A stretch of DNA of 64,000 nucleotides from Amoebidium appalachense (GCA_963693365.1 CAVNZM010000011.1:5351921-5415920); one strand, 5' to 3'. Shown: positions 1 to 13,873, numbered from the stretch's first letter. The notes: generated from the letters alone by a model not told the origin. Made by a program: numbers and translations.

Positions 1-284
1 GATATTCATTTAATTAAAATAGTGTGGAGTTGTGTGATATTGGCAAATGTAAGCACCAGGTGCATAAAAATATTGCTGAATGAAGATACTGCCAAGAGGA
101 TCCCCCTCGCTGCCCTGTCACGCGGCCGCGCGGCCGCGGCCATGGCCGGGGAGTGGTATTATTATTAGTTCACGTGACTTCTTCTGCACGCATGGCCGGG
201 TCACCGTGAGTGTGACGTGCGGTGGTGACTCACAACTAGTGGTGGTGGTGCTGGTGGTGGTGGTGATGGTGGTTTGGGTCGAGG

Positions 285-315
<31 letters not shown>

Positions 316-431
316 AGGGGGGAGGGGGGGGGGGGGGGGACTTCCAGGCTCTGAGCCTGAGGGGGCATGGGGGATGGTACTCTCCGCCGGCGCCAGTGGT
401 CAGCCTACTGTACTTCAACTGCCTGGGAGCC

Positions 432-465
<34 letters not shown>

Positions 466-720
466 ACACACACACCGTGTACACACTCATCAGATTCTTC
501 CGGCCCTCTATGATGTTATGGAAAAAAAAAAATGTTGTACTATATGATCAGCTGTAGCTGTCGCCGTAATGGTGCCACGTCACGGTGAGCCTGTCGAAAC
601 CCCCCTCCCCCCCCCCCCCCTTCTCCCTCCCCCCCCCCCCCCCCCCCCCCACCCCACCCCCCCCCCTTCCCCCCCTTCTCTCTCCCTTCAAGTTCTCCCC
701 GCCCTTCACCGTCTTGTCAT

Positions 721-788
721 AGGGAATTTTTGCACCGGGGAATTTTGCACTGACTTTGGTACCATGATTCAGGGAATTTTTGCACCGG
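721..788. repeat. Three short direct repeats of GGGAATTTT(T)GCAC
   Basis: agggaatttttgcaccgg at 721 and 771, with gggaattttgcac between them at ~738. Confidence 0.7.
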
Positions 789-874
789 TCGTCCCCCTCC
801 GATCCCCCCCCCCCCCCCCTCCCCCCCCCCTCCCCCCCCCCCTCCCCCTTGCCCCCTCACTCCCAAAATTTCCG

Positions 875-876
<2 letters not shown>

Positions 877-925
<49 letters not shown>

Positions 926-934
926 ACACACCGT

Positions 935-996
<62 letters not shown>

Positions 997-1025
997 GTGA
1001 CACACACACACACACACACACAGTG

Positions 1026-1102
<77 letters not shown>

Positions 1103-1128
1103 ACACACACACATACACACACACAGTG

Positions 1129-1203
<75 letters not shown>

Positions 1204-1512
1204 GTGACACACACACACACATGTACACATGTACACACACACACACACGCACACACACACACAGTATACACGTGTACATAAACTTTCTGCTGAATTACAT
1301 CATAGACTCATTCATTCATTGTATCCGATTACTATGATCATACTTTATGTGATCCCAGATGTCGGAATATCATATGTTCAGCCAATATCGACAACATCTA
1401 TCAGTGGTTGGTCAATTACACATCAAGGGAAATCCCTTGATATGTATATGAGTATCAGTGTGTGTGCGTGTGTGAGCCACACAGTGTATGTGCGTGTACA
1501 TGTGTGTGTGTG

Positions 1513-1556
<44 letters not shown>

Positions 1557-1599
1557 ACGGGTGTGTGTACATGTGTGTGTGTGTGTATGTGTGTGCGTG

Positions 1600-1656
<57 letters not shown>

Positions 1657-1714
1657 ACGGTGTGTGTGTGTACATGTGTGTGTGTGTGTCACACGGTGTG
1701 TGTATGTGTGTGTG

Positions 1715-1780
<66 letters not shown>

Positions 1781-1790
1781 ACGGTGTATC
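877..1790. repeat. Foldback: punctuated (CA)n arm (877-1280) and punctuated (TG)n arm (1457-1790) around a ~175-bp unique spacer
   Basis: Interruptions in the CA arm (ccgtga, catgtaca) recur as reverse complements (tcacgg, tgtacatg) in the TG arm. Confidence 0.65.
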
Positions 1791-2240
1791 TGCGTGTCTG
1801 TGTCTTCCATGTGATTCCTTCCATGTTATTCCCTCCGATTGGTCCCTCCACCGCTAATTGCCGATTCTTTCACCAGAGGTAGTGATTCACAATTCTTCAG
1901 ATATCGGGCATCACTGAGGCAATGGTATATACGTAAACACACGACGTCTGTAAACGACTGTGTTGCCAACAGCACGTACTTCCGTGAATAGCAAAATGTT
2001 TGCCATTGATCTGTGCACTAGTTTCAAATTTGCTACTATGATTCTGTTTTTGTTTGTTTGTTTTCTCGACGGTCTACCTCGTTGTGCTAAAATAAATGGT
2101 ATTTACACAAAGTTTCTCTGGGACTCTCCCTCAGAGCCTTCCTCTTTGTGCTTATGCTCCCTTCGTTTGCGCATTATAAATTAGAGACTTCATCTCTCTC
2201 TCTCTTTTCTCCCCCCCCCCCCCCCCCCCCCCCCATCGCA

Positions 2241-2329
<89 letters not shown>

Positions 2330-2426
2330 GGCTGTCTCTCCCCCCCACCCCCCTCCCTCCCTCTCCCTCCCTCCCTCTCTCTCCCTGCCCCCATCCCTCT
2401 CCCCCCCCCCCCCCCTGCCCCCCACA

Positions 2427-2458
<32 letters not shown>

Positions 2459-3384
2459 CTCCCCCCTCCCCTCCCCCCTCCCCTCTCTCTCTCTCTCTCT
2501 CTCGGCTCTCTCTTTCTCTCTCTCGCCCTCTCTCTCCCTCTCTCTCTCTTTCTCAGTCTCTCTCTCACTCTCTCTTTTTCTCTACCCTCTCCCCCCCCTC
2601 CCCCCCCCCCCCTTTTCCCCCTCCCACCCTCCCCCGAGTTAGTGTGCACAGATGTCTATAGATCTCCCTACACCTTACCACCTACCACGGCTCGAGTCAA
2701 TATGACTTAAGTATCCCTTTTCAAACTCTGTTTTACTGCGAGTGAAGCTATTGATTACTGTACAATTCATAGAAGTGCTCTGATTGGCCCTACTAGGTGT
2801 CGTTGCAATGAATTTATTACCTGAGTCACACCACCATGAGTGTCGACTAATATACTAGACTAGTACTGGATAATTCTTATAAAGATGCCATGATTTAGAT
2901 ACACTGACGTGGCACCGTATGTAGGTGCACCGCTGTGAGGAGGTTGGTTGAGAGGTCACAAGCTTAAGCCTGAAGATTATGCAAACAAATAGTCCAGAGG
3001 GCGCCGCGAATAATGTCTGGCAGTGGTTTCAGAACTTGTGGTGTTAAGACTGCAGAGACCGGCCAACTCCCACTCATTGTGCTTGTTTGTTGTACAGACC
3101 ATAACACCTCTGTGCACTCTGCTTGGGCCGTACATAACTTGAAAGTGACACAAAACAACACTCAGGGAAGAAAGCGGCTCTGCGTGCAACTGCAACAGCA
3201 TCAACCACGTGCAAGCTTTGGGCTGTAAGCACCTCTCAAACGGGACCTACATCCATGCACAATATCGGGTCAATTGCCAGCATCGCGGTGTCTCAGCCTG
3301 AGACCTCCCGACTCCCACGTGCCCCCGCCCCCCCCTCCCCGCGGGCCTCCCCCTCTCCTCCCCCCACACACACAGTGTCAACCC

Positions 3385-3534
3385 CTTGCATTAACAGAGT
3401 AGGTTCCCTATTTATGGCTTTCTATCCAAACCTTAGATCACACAGTCATGGCATCCCCATGAATTTCCGCATAGCATCTTCATTTACTAATGTATATTAT
3501 ATCTGCCCATTAATGATTAGGACCCCTCCACCTA

Positions 3535-3565
<31 letters not shown>

Positions 3566-3881
3566 CCCCCTCTGCCCCCGTCCCCACCAACCCTCTCTTC
3601 TCATAGCCAATCGGGCCATGCATTAACAGAATATAACTTTGAAATTTGAATGATGTTCAATGATTCCAATGTTTTAGATCTTTAGCTATCCCGTGCCGTG
3701 ACAACGGTCCCTATGATCTTAAACTCAGCTATAAGGACTTACCTGCACAAGCAATGGTTACCACTTCTTAGTAAATCCCCCCCCCCCCCCCCCCCCCTCC
3801 CCCCCGCCGCCGCCCCCGCCCCGGTTCCCAGGAATGCTCCCTACACCCCCCCCCCCCCTCCCCCCCCCCCCTCCCCCCCGA

Positions 3882-3920
<39 letters not shown>

Positions 3921-4784
3921 TTCCCCCCCCCTTGTCTCTAGAACCCCCACCCCTCCCCCCGCCCCGGTCGTCAGGAACGCGCCCCCACCCCGTCCCCCCC
4001 TAGTTCCTCCCATTACTAACCAACCCGGCATAGATAGACTTAAATCTGTAATTTAATTGATGTTCTATTCCAGTCATTTAGATATTTACTGTGTACCTTC
4101 TAAATTCAGTTACATGTATGTACCTGCACATTGTCAAGCAATCGTTACCTCCCTCCCCTCCCCCCAACCCCCCAACCCCTACCACACCCCGTTCCTCAGG
4201 AACGCCACCTCCCCCCCCCCCCCCCCCAGGAACGCCCCCCTCTCCACCCCCCCCCCCCCTTCTCCCCCCCCCCCCCCCCCCCCTCTCCCCTCAGGAACAC
4301 CCCCCCTCCCCTTCTCCCCCCATCGAGCTAACCACATGCATTAATAGAATTTACTTCGTAATCATAATGATGTTTATTCCGAATTTAGATCTTTATAATC
4401 CAACATTCAGTTACAAATACGTACCTGCACAAGCAATTGTTACCAGTTTCTTAGTAAATACCCTTTCCCCCCCTCCCTGAGGAACCCCCACCCCGCCTCG
4501 TTCCTCAGGAACGCTCCCCCCCTTCCCCCTCCCCCCTGCCCCCCCTCCGGATCCCCCTCCCCACTAGCCAATTCTCATGCATCAATACAGTTAACCTTGT
4601 AATATGAATGATGTTTTATTTCAATCATTTAGATCTATAGCTATTCTACGTCCCTAGGTTCCTTCGAAATTTGGGTACAAGATGTACCTGCACAAGCAAT
4701 TGTTACCCCCCTCCCCCCTCCCCCCTCCCCCCCCCCCCCCCCCTCCTTTTCCCCCCGTTCCTCAGGAGCGCCCCCCTCCCTCCC

Positions 4785-4816
<32 letters not shown>

Positions 4817-5680
4817 TTCAGGAACGTCCCCCCTCTCGAGCTCTCCCTTCTCCCTCCCCCCCCTCCCCTCCCCCCTCCCCCCCCCCCCCCCCCCCCGTTC
4901 CTTAGGAACGCCCTTCCTCTCTCTCTCTCCTCCCCTCGCTCCCCCCCCCCCCCCCCCCCCCCCCCGTTCACGCCCCCTCCCCCCCTCCCCCCCCCCCCTC
5001 CCCCCGTAGGCTCAGGACCCCCCCCCCCCCCCCCCCCATATGGCTTACCACATGCATTTATAGAGTTAACTTTGTAATATGAATGATGTTTTATTCCAAT
5101 CGTCTAGATCTTTAGCTATCCCACGGCCCTAGGTTCTTTCGGAAATCAATTACAAGATGTACCTGCACAAGCAATTGTTACCCCCCCCCCCCCCCCCCCC
5201 CCCCCCCTCCCCTCCTCCCTCCCCCCCCCTCCCCCCGTTCCTCAGGAACGCCCCCCCCCACCCCCCCAATCCCAACATCATTGCCAACCACATGCATTAA
5301 TAGAGTTAACTTGTAAGTTGAATGATGTTCTATTCCGATCATTTAGATTTTTAGCTAGCCCACGTCCCTATGTTCCACCTAAATTCTGTTACGAGATGTA
5401 CCTGCACAAGCGATTATCAAATTAAAAGAAATAACTTTGCTATTTGAATAGTTCTTATGATTCCACTCCTTTTTGAATATCCCCCGTCGCTATGGTCTTT
5501 CTATGTAGATTCAGCTACATGCAAGTACATGCACGATCAAATGCTACCAAGGTCCTAGTAGATCCCTCTTCCTACCCCTCCCCCCCTCTTTCCCCAGGAC
5601 CCCTTGCGTAAGCCCCCCCCCCCCCCCCCCCCCCCCCCCCCCATATTATATATAGCCAACCTGGCCTATGAAAGAAAAGC
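3385..5680. repeat. Divergent tandem array: 7-8 copies of a ~130-bp AT-rich core separated by poly-C spacers carrying a GTTCC-TCA-GGAAC palindrome
   Basis: Cores start at about 3618, 4028, 4336, 4578, 5052, 5292 and 5420 (partial copy near 3387). They share atgcatt..gaatgatgtt..ttagat..tacctgcacaagcaattgttacc. Confidence 0.9.
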
Positions 5681-6795
5681 AAAGACTTCAACTCCATGTC
5701 CCTACAGTTCTAGCCATGCAAGCAGAGTCAACAGACTACTAATGCTTTAGTACCACTGAGTGTACGTTGTTTAAATGGGTGATTGGTCCACACAACTAGA
5801 ATATCCAATCAGCATGCGGCAGTTCTTTTCACCAAGACGCTAAGACATGTGTTGCCCAACAACTGTAAGACATGGGTGTTTATGCAGACTCGTGGTACCC
5901 CATCCAGCAAGGTCCAGACCGTGCGAGCAAGTAGTGTTGCGGCTACACAACCAGGGGTGTGAGTGTTTTCGTTTTTTGCTAAATTTTATAAGCCGGTTCT
6001 TATTGGTGCAATTTTCTTTGCTGGATCTTCGCTACTCTCTTTTTGTGCCCTAGTGTTATAAGGGGTGTGCCAGCCTTACAGCCATGGTGCACAATACATA
6101 ACACACACAGTGTTTTGCACACAGGTAACTGGCAAGCTGGTATGCAAGATATTCATAGTTTGTGCCGTTATTGGCAGATAGCTAAATGTTGTGTCACCCG
6201 CACAGCGTTGAGATAAGTTTCTTGGTGTGTTTCTGGCTCTAGGTCACGGGAGGACAGTTTAGAATATGTGGCTATGTTTTCGCTCTACGTACATGCATAT
6301 GATGCGACGACATATTGTGTGCTTTAATTGGCTAGATGTACAGTGGTCAAAATCTACACGATTGGATAAAAAAATTCCTTTAGATCCCATCTGTATGTGC
6401 AGGCAGGTTATCTGCTGAATTAGATAGAAGTAAATGACCATCGATCTGAGATCGGTTGTGGTTTGCATAAAGAAGGTGTGTGTCTACCACTCGCTCGCAC
6501 GTTATGCAAGTGTGTGTGTGCTAGTTGTGAACTTAATCTGGTCATTCCGTGTGACCGTGTGTGTGTGTGTGTGTGTGATGAGGGGGGGTTGGGGGAGGGG
6601 AGGGGAGGGGGGGGGGAGAGGGGGGGGGGGGGGGGGGGGAGAAGGAGGAGGGGGAGGGGAGGGGGGGGGGTCTCAAATTTTCTGAGCGCATGAATGCTAT
6701 GCCATGGTCCGGCCGCGGCTCTATCCTACGGTGCAGAGCCCATCAGCAGGACGGGAAATCGTCCATCTGCAGAGCATGGCGGCGGCAGGCCTAAT

Positions 6796-6847
<52 letters not shown>

Positions 6848-7082
6848 AAGGCTCAGCATCGATATCTCCAATCCCCCAACGATCGTTGTGGCTGATACCA
6901 TTCGAAAAATTAGCCTAAGGATGTGCTACCATTTTTCGGGGTTTGTCGGCCAAGAATGAAAACTAGAGGTATTTAGGCGGTTAATAATATTGCTAGTATC
7001 TTCATCTGACTGAATGCAACAGGTTCAACCCAACCATGGCCACGGGAGTGAACAGAGAGGTGTATGTGTGTGTGTGTGTGTG

Positions 7083-7113
<31 letters not shown>

Positions 7114-8000
7114 ATTAGTTCTCCCTTTTCACCCTCCGTGGTTAGACCTATCCCCCCCCCCCCCCCCCCCCCCCCCCCCCTTGGAGGCCTGCGTTTTGTG
7201 GGATCGTCGTTTCCGCGAGCTCGAGTATGTGCAAAATCAATCATTTCTCTCTTCAAAAAGAATATCAGGAGCCCTCAAGCCTCAGCCTTGGCAAAAACTT
7301 TATTCGAAAAATGATCAGTCACGACGAGCTAACGTGTGATTAACTGGTTGTTTAGGTTTCTCCATTACAACCCAGCAAGAACAAACAAATATCAGAAAAT
7401 ATGCAGTCCCACATATATGACATGGGGCCTTATTGACAGGATCATCACTAGATTTACATATCAGCGCTGCATCCTGACTGCAGCACATTCAACTACAATA
7501 TACCTACGAATGCACTTTGCATTAAATATTAAAGACAAACCGTCATTGGCCTAAGAATTTTAGGTACTAGATAAGAAAACTCTGTTCAGCAGAATGGAAA
7601 ACAGGATAGTGTCTTTTTCATCAACAGCATCGTTTTTTGAAAAGGCTCAGCAGAAAAAACAGGAAAAAAGAAAAAAGAAAAAAGAAAAAAAGAAAAAAAG
7701 AAAAAAGAAAAAAGAAAGAAAGAAAAAGAGAGAGAGCAGTCCAGCGCAAATCTATGCAATCTATGCACATTGGTTGGACATTACACGGACCCCACCACTT
7801 CGACTTACATTTTTTTCACACCTATCATGTGCAAAGAACCAGCGAAGTGGGCTTTCAGTTTGCAAAAAATATTGGCAGTAAGAATAACCATACCGCCCCA
7901 TGGAATATTTGGTATAACATCGATAAAAATCCGGAAAAAATCCGGAAAAAACCCCCCATGTAGGGTTAAGTCGGTACGAAAAAATGTGAATGCCCCCAGC

Positions 8001-8147
8001 CTACATCTTCTGCCACACGCTGCACTCCATGTCAAAGATGCGGCCACGTCTTCTTGTCTCCTGCAAAAGTGGGAAAAAAAAGAAAAGGTTAATATTGGAA
8101 ATTAGCAAGCAAGCAACACCACGGAGATAAAAAATGAGCAGGCTCCA

Positions 8148-8186
<39 letters not shown>

Positions 8187-9456
8187 CCCCTCCCCCCCCC
8201 CCCCCCCCCCCCCCCTTTCACCCTCCTCCCCCCAACATCAGAAGTCAACAATCAGGCAACCTACATTCAACAAGCCCCCCCCCCCCCCCCCCCCCCCCCC
8301 CCAACCCCCCCCACACACAAACCTTTTCACTTCCTTCATTCCGGTACATAAGAAGCCCTATTTCGGCTGACAAGACAGCACCATCCAGTCATTTACAGAA
8401 CAGCCAATGTACACAACTAGCCCATAACCAGCGTGCCATGTCCCTCTTTCCTTTCCTCCTCCTTTTCTTCCCCCGGCACCATTCCCCAACACCACTTCCT
8501 CCTAGGCCTGCGGACGGAACCTGACGTGTGTGTGTGTGTGCACGTGCGTGTACCTCTTCTCTCTCTGCGTGTGCTGTGTGTGCATGCATTCATGTGTGCA
8601 GGCAGGGGAGTGGCTTTTCGTTCACACCTGCACGAAGCTAGTGACCTCAAACGTGGGCTCGGTGTTGACGAAGTTCTTCTCAAGAATCAACCGAAGACCC
8701 TCAAACACAGACAGAGACTCACCGTCCAACTGTACACCAATCCATGTGAGCATTAAGCAGCAAACTTGCACCCACACATTTGGGGGGGAGGGGGAAGGGA
8801 AAGAATGGGGGGCACAGCGTGAGGGTACAAGTGTACGACCGATACAAAACATGTGAACGTAGACAGGAAAAAAGATCAAAAAAAAAAGGGAAACACACAC
8901 ACACAGTCCCTCATCCCATACTCACAGCAAGCAGCTATGATAGCACCTACAGCCACCACCACACGCACACACACACGCACGCACACACACACACACACAC
9001 GTACCTTCTTTCCTCCCACCCACTTGTCCACGGGTGTAACGGAGGAGTCCCAGTCGTAAGCAGACAGAATCACGAGCATGCCCCCCTCGTTCAACCTCTC
9101 GTGCACACCGGCAAGGAACACGGATGGGTCATAGAGGCGAGTAAGGTTGCTCACTAGAATCAGGTCGAACCCTGTGGGTGATAGGAAAACAAAATGTTAG
9201 AGAGTGGTTTGTGAACAGTGCGTGCAAGTTGATGCAAATAATTCAATAAGAGTACGACTGAGATGGGAGGGTAAAAGGAGTGGATAGCGAAGAGATAACT
9301 AACGTAATGCGGGAAGGGGAGGGGGTTTTTCTGGGGGGGGGGGGGGGGGGGGGAAGGGGGGAGGACAGCGCAAGTGTCGTTATTGAGTGAAAGGCCTTGT
9401 TCGCAAATACTAGCCACACACAGAGAGAGGGATATGCCCACACCCATTCATGTTCC

Positions 9457-9487
<31 letters not shown>

Positions 9488-9826
9488 ACCCAAAAAAAAA
9501 AACAACAAAAAAAAAAACACACACACCCCAATAACGCAACACACACACACACACAAGCACACACACACATACCTGTCAGGCGTGCAGGAAGGTTGCACGT
9601 ATCCCCCTGCATCAACGTGACCTTCTTCAGCAGGCTTGCATCCAATCCCAAGTCCTGCACTGCAATCTCGTGGTACGTCACTAGCTCACCCTCATCGGGC
9701 ATGGTGTAGCGGAATCGACGTCCCTCCTTGTGTGGTCGGATATTTGCGTAAGTGTGTGGCTACTATATGGGCATATGTATGAGTGTGTGGTTAGAGTATA
9801 TGAGCACGTGTGTGTGTGGTTATATG

Positions 9827-9863
<37 letters not shown>

Positions 9864-10209
9864 CGCATGTGTGATTCCCATGTTTGCAAATGGGTTGTTA
9901 CTACGTGTGCACATGTGTGGTTGCTAAATGTGCATATGTGATGTATGAACTAACCAAATGTTTTTATAAAACAATAAAAAAAGTAGGAATATGGTGTGGA
10001 TACTATATGTGCGCATACGTGGTTACATGATATGCACATGTTCGTAACTATACTAACAGTGAACATGCATATGCGTGGTTACCAAATAGGCGCATTGCTC
10101 CGGGCACCATTTCCAGACATCTACATCTGGTTACAGAGTATGTATGTACAAATAAGGATACCAAATAACCCATTGATGTGATGCTACATGTATGCTCATT
10201 TGTAGCAAA

Positions 10210-10252
<43 letters not shown>

Positions 10253-10423
10253 AAAAAAAAAAAAAAAGACAAACAAAAAAAAAAACAAGCAAAAAAATAC
10301 ACACACACACACGTATGTGTACACCGATGTAGAAATCTCCCCCCCCCCCCCCCCCTCCCCTCCCCCCTCTGTTCCTTCTCTCTCCCCCAACAAACACATA
10401 CACACACATAAACGCACACATCA

Positions 10424-10457
<34 letters not shown>

Positions 10458-11200
10458 CCGTAGCCCACGCACCTGCAAATAGTGACCCACTTGGATCAAC
10501 CTCGCCGTCAGATCGATCCCCACAACCTCGTCGAACCCATTCGCAAGCTCGAAGCTTCCAGCACCGCCCAGGCACCCGACCTCCAGCGCACGTGTTTGTC
10601 TCCCCCCTCTGCCTGGGGCTTTCTCTCCAGGCAGATGTGTGCCACCTCCTTGTGGAAGGCGGGGATGGTGTGTGCCTGACTGCTTAGTGGCTTGCCGAAT
10701 TGCGTGTGAATGGCCTCGCAGATTTGCCTAAAAAGGTGGGGGGGGGGGAAGGGGAGGGGCGGGGGGGGGGGGGGGGGGAGGAGGGGGTTGGGTTGAGGGA
10801 GGGTAGGTGGGTTGGGTAGTGGTAGTGTGTGTGTGTGTGTGCGCATGTGTGTGTTTGCCACAGTGTGTTAGAAAGAGTTTGTTGGGCTATTAAGAAGTAC
10901 ACCCCCCCCCCCCCCCCCCCCCGGTCCCCCACCCCACACACACACACCCTTCCTCCGCCAAAAGTAAAAAAAATGGACACACAAAAGGGAAGCCCACACA
11001 CACACAGCCTGATCAGGGTTGGTGTGAATGCGCGCGTATGTGCGTGCGTGTGCGCGGGGAGGTGTATATTGGAGAGAGGGTTGGGCAGTGTGCCTGGCTC
11101 ATGTTTCATTTTCTTTTTAAGTGCTTGTGCCCAAAGCTCTTCATCGCTGGGTGATGGGCCGTAGATATTGCATCATGTAGAAAGGAAAGGAAGAGGGGGC

Positions 11201-11248
<48 letters not shown>

Positions 11249-12002
11249 TGTGTGTGTGTGCATCAGCACGTGCAGACGAGCGCATGTGGATCACACGGAA
11301 GAATGCTGGTGGGGGTAAGAGGCAACACAGGTGTGTCTGTGTGTGTGTGTGTGTGTGTCTGTGTGTGTGTGTGTGTGTGTGTGCATTTAAAGAGGAGGAG
11401 GAGGAGAAGAAGGGGGGGGGGGGGGGGGGTAGAATGTCAAGGGAAAACCCACTTGTCCATCTCAAACGGCTCCGCATTCTCAGGCATCGCCGGCTCCACC
11501 TCGCTCTCAACATATCTCAACCCCGCATGCTGGCAAAAATGCATCCTAAACGCATACCTAGAATCCCTAGTCGCCTCGTTTCCGGTAGAGACCCACGCGC
11601 CCCCCTTAATGATGTTATGCTTCGTGTCGTATGTGGGGGTGGTGAAATCATCGTAGATGGGGTGCACCTTAAACCCGTCAAAGGGGTGGACGGGCGTCTC
11701 AGTCCACTGCCACACGTTTCCGATAATATCGTAGAGTTCGGGTTGGTCGGACTGTTTGAACATGTTGACGGGGCAGGAGGACGCAAAGTGCTCGAGGTTG
11801 ATGTTGCCTGCAAAAAAAAAAAAAAAAAAAAAAAAAGCAATCAGTATGAAAATTTGTCGCTGTTGAGAAGAAATCACAGAGCATCCCCCCCCCCCCCCCC
11901 CCTCCCGCACACACACACAAACCCTCACCCAACTCCCACATACACATGCACCAAAAAAGGGAAGAAACAAGGGTACACATCAGCTATCCACCGTTCCCTC
12001 CT

Positions 12003-12039
<37 letters not shown>

Positions 12040-12506
12040 AAAAAAGAAAACACGCACAAAACCTTCAATACACAAAATACATGAATACATAGCCACATCC
12101 CAACTCCTCAACACACCAACACACACACACACAGCCCCGATGAAAGCACGTACCAATGCAAGGCAATATCTCACACACACCCGTGCAGAACAATCATACA
12201 ACCTCCGAACACTGGACAATCACACACCCCTATGCATGCACATACCCGGGGCCTTTGCCCACTCGTGCTGGTCGGCCTGTTCGGTCATGAGGTTGCGCAG
12301 GTGCCGGTACTCGTCCTCGGTGGGCAGGCGAATGGACTGATTGCACGAAAAACGTCAACACATGGAAACATCTCCTCACAGGATCACGAACACACCCACA
12401 ACACAAGACGCGGATACCAAAAATATCAACATAGACGCATTTAAACAACCTCCCCCCCCCCCCCCCCCCGCGCAAAAAAAAAAAGGGGGAGAGGGGGTGT
12501 GGGGGT

Positions 12507-12546
<40 letters not shown>

Positions 12547-13240
12547 GAGAGAGAGAGAGAGAGAGAGGGTTAGATGGGTGGGTGGGTGGGGCAATGCTTG
12601 GCACTGAAAAACACAATGGTGGCTTGTGGTTCCTCACAAACATGGCCACACAACGCTTCACCCCCGGCCCCCCCTCTTCCCATCACTGTCATCCCCACCT
12701 CCTTCCCCCTAAAAACGCTCATCCCCCCCCCCCCCCCCCCCCCCCAAACCCCCCAAACACATCCACACACACCTTTCCAGTGGTCTTCTTCATCCACTCG
12801 CAAAATGCCTTTGCCTCGAGATAGTTCACATCCACCGGCCAGTCCCACGGCATCTGCATGACCTCAGTCATGGACCGATAGTCGTAACCCCCGTCAGGCC
12901 GAGCCACCCAGAAGACGGGCGCCTGCGCCTTCTTGTAGCTCACCCACCTCCACCTGTATGCGGATACACACAAACAGTTGTCAGGTGTATAGTTTGTGTA
13001 ATGCCACAGAAACCATGAAAACGAGGAATACGCACACACGCACACGCACAGACTCGCGCTCACACACACTTCTTGTAGCTCACCCACCTCCACCTGTGCG
13101 TGTGTGCACAGATATAGTTGTCAGGCATATGTAGTGTAGTGCCACAGAAAACATGACAAGCAACATGCACACTCGGACACAAAAGAATACACACAACACG
13201 CGCCAAAAAAAAAAAAAAAAGGGAAGCGAAAAAGGACAAG

Positions 13241-13277
<37 letters not shown>

Positions 13278-13447
13278 ACACACACACCCGGGGAAAAAAT
13301 AAAAGTATACTCAAAACGTGTGAAGGAAAGGGCAAAAAAAAAGGGAGGCGGAGATCCCCCCTCCCCCCCCCCCCCCCAGGCTGCACACATAATACACCTA
13401 AAAGTGTCCTCCATCCCCCCCTCAACCCCCTCCTCCCACACACACAA

Positions 13448-13509
<62 letters not shown>

Positions 13510-13840
13510 CGCACACACGCATACACACACAACAAGCATCAAAAGCACACTATACACACACAGACTTACCCCTCCTCCGACCAGTAATCCTGGTTCATGT
13601 AACCGCCCCCCTGCACAAACTTGAGATACTCCCCGTTGGACACAAGGTACTTGCTTGCCTTGAAGGGTGCCACAGTGTTTGTGTGCGTACCGTACTCGTT
13701 ATCCCACCCGTAAAGGGCGTGCTTGAACGGCTTGCCCAGCGTGACCTGTGAAAACCGAATCACAATATATGAGTATTAAAAGTAAAACCCAGAATGAGTT
13801 TTGGTAGGCTGTTGCACGTTTGATTTGATATCCCCCCCCC

Positions 13841-13873
<33 letters not shown>

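Noticed and set aside
80-2650. Long ORFs rich in HT, CV, SL, P or G repeats (here and across the window)
   Set aside because: They are translations of microsatellites and homopolymers, with no domain motifs or splice support.
2964-3240. Possible BED-finger-like remnant (NVWQWF followed by Cys/His)
   Set aside because: Multiple stops and unconvincing spacing; no transposase nearby.
3385-5680. Array as a CRISPR locus or as repeated FN3-coding exons (YYKVNSINACG in one frame)
   Set aside because: Spacers are homopolymeric, repeats are too long and divergent, there are no cas genes, and stop codons are shared between copies in that frame.
8389-8522. Alternative last exon of ovoA after the cag at 8523-8521
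   Set aside because: No OvoA similarity; exon 8060-8001 (ETRR..SVWQKM*) fits the family C-terminus better.
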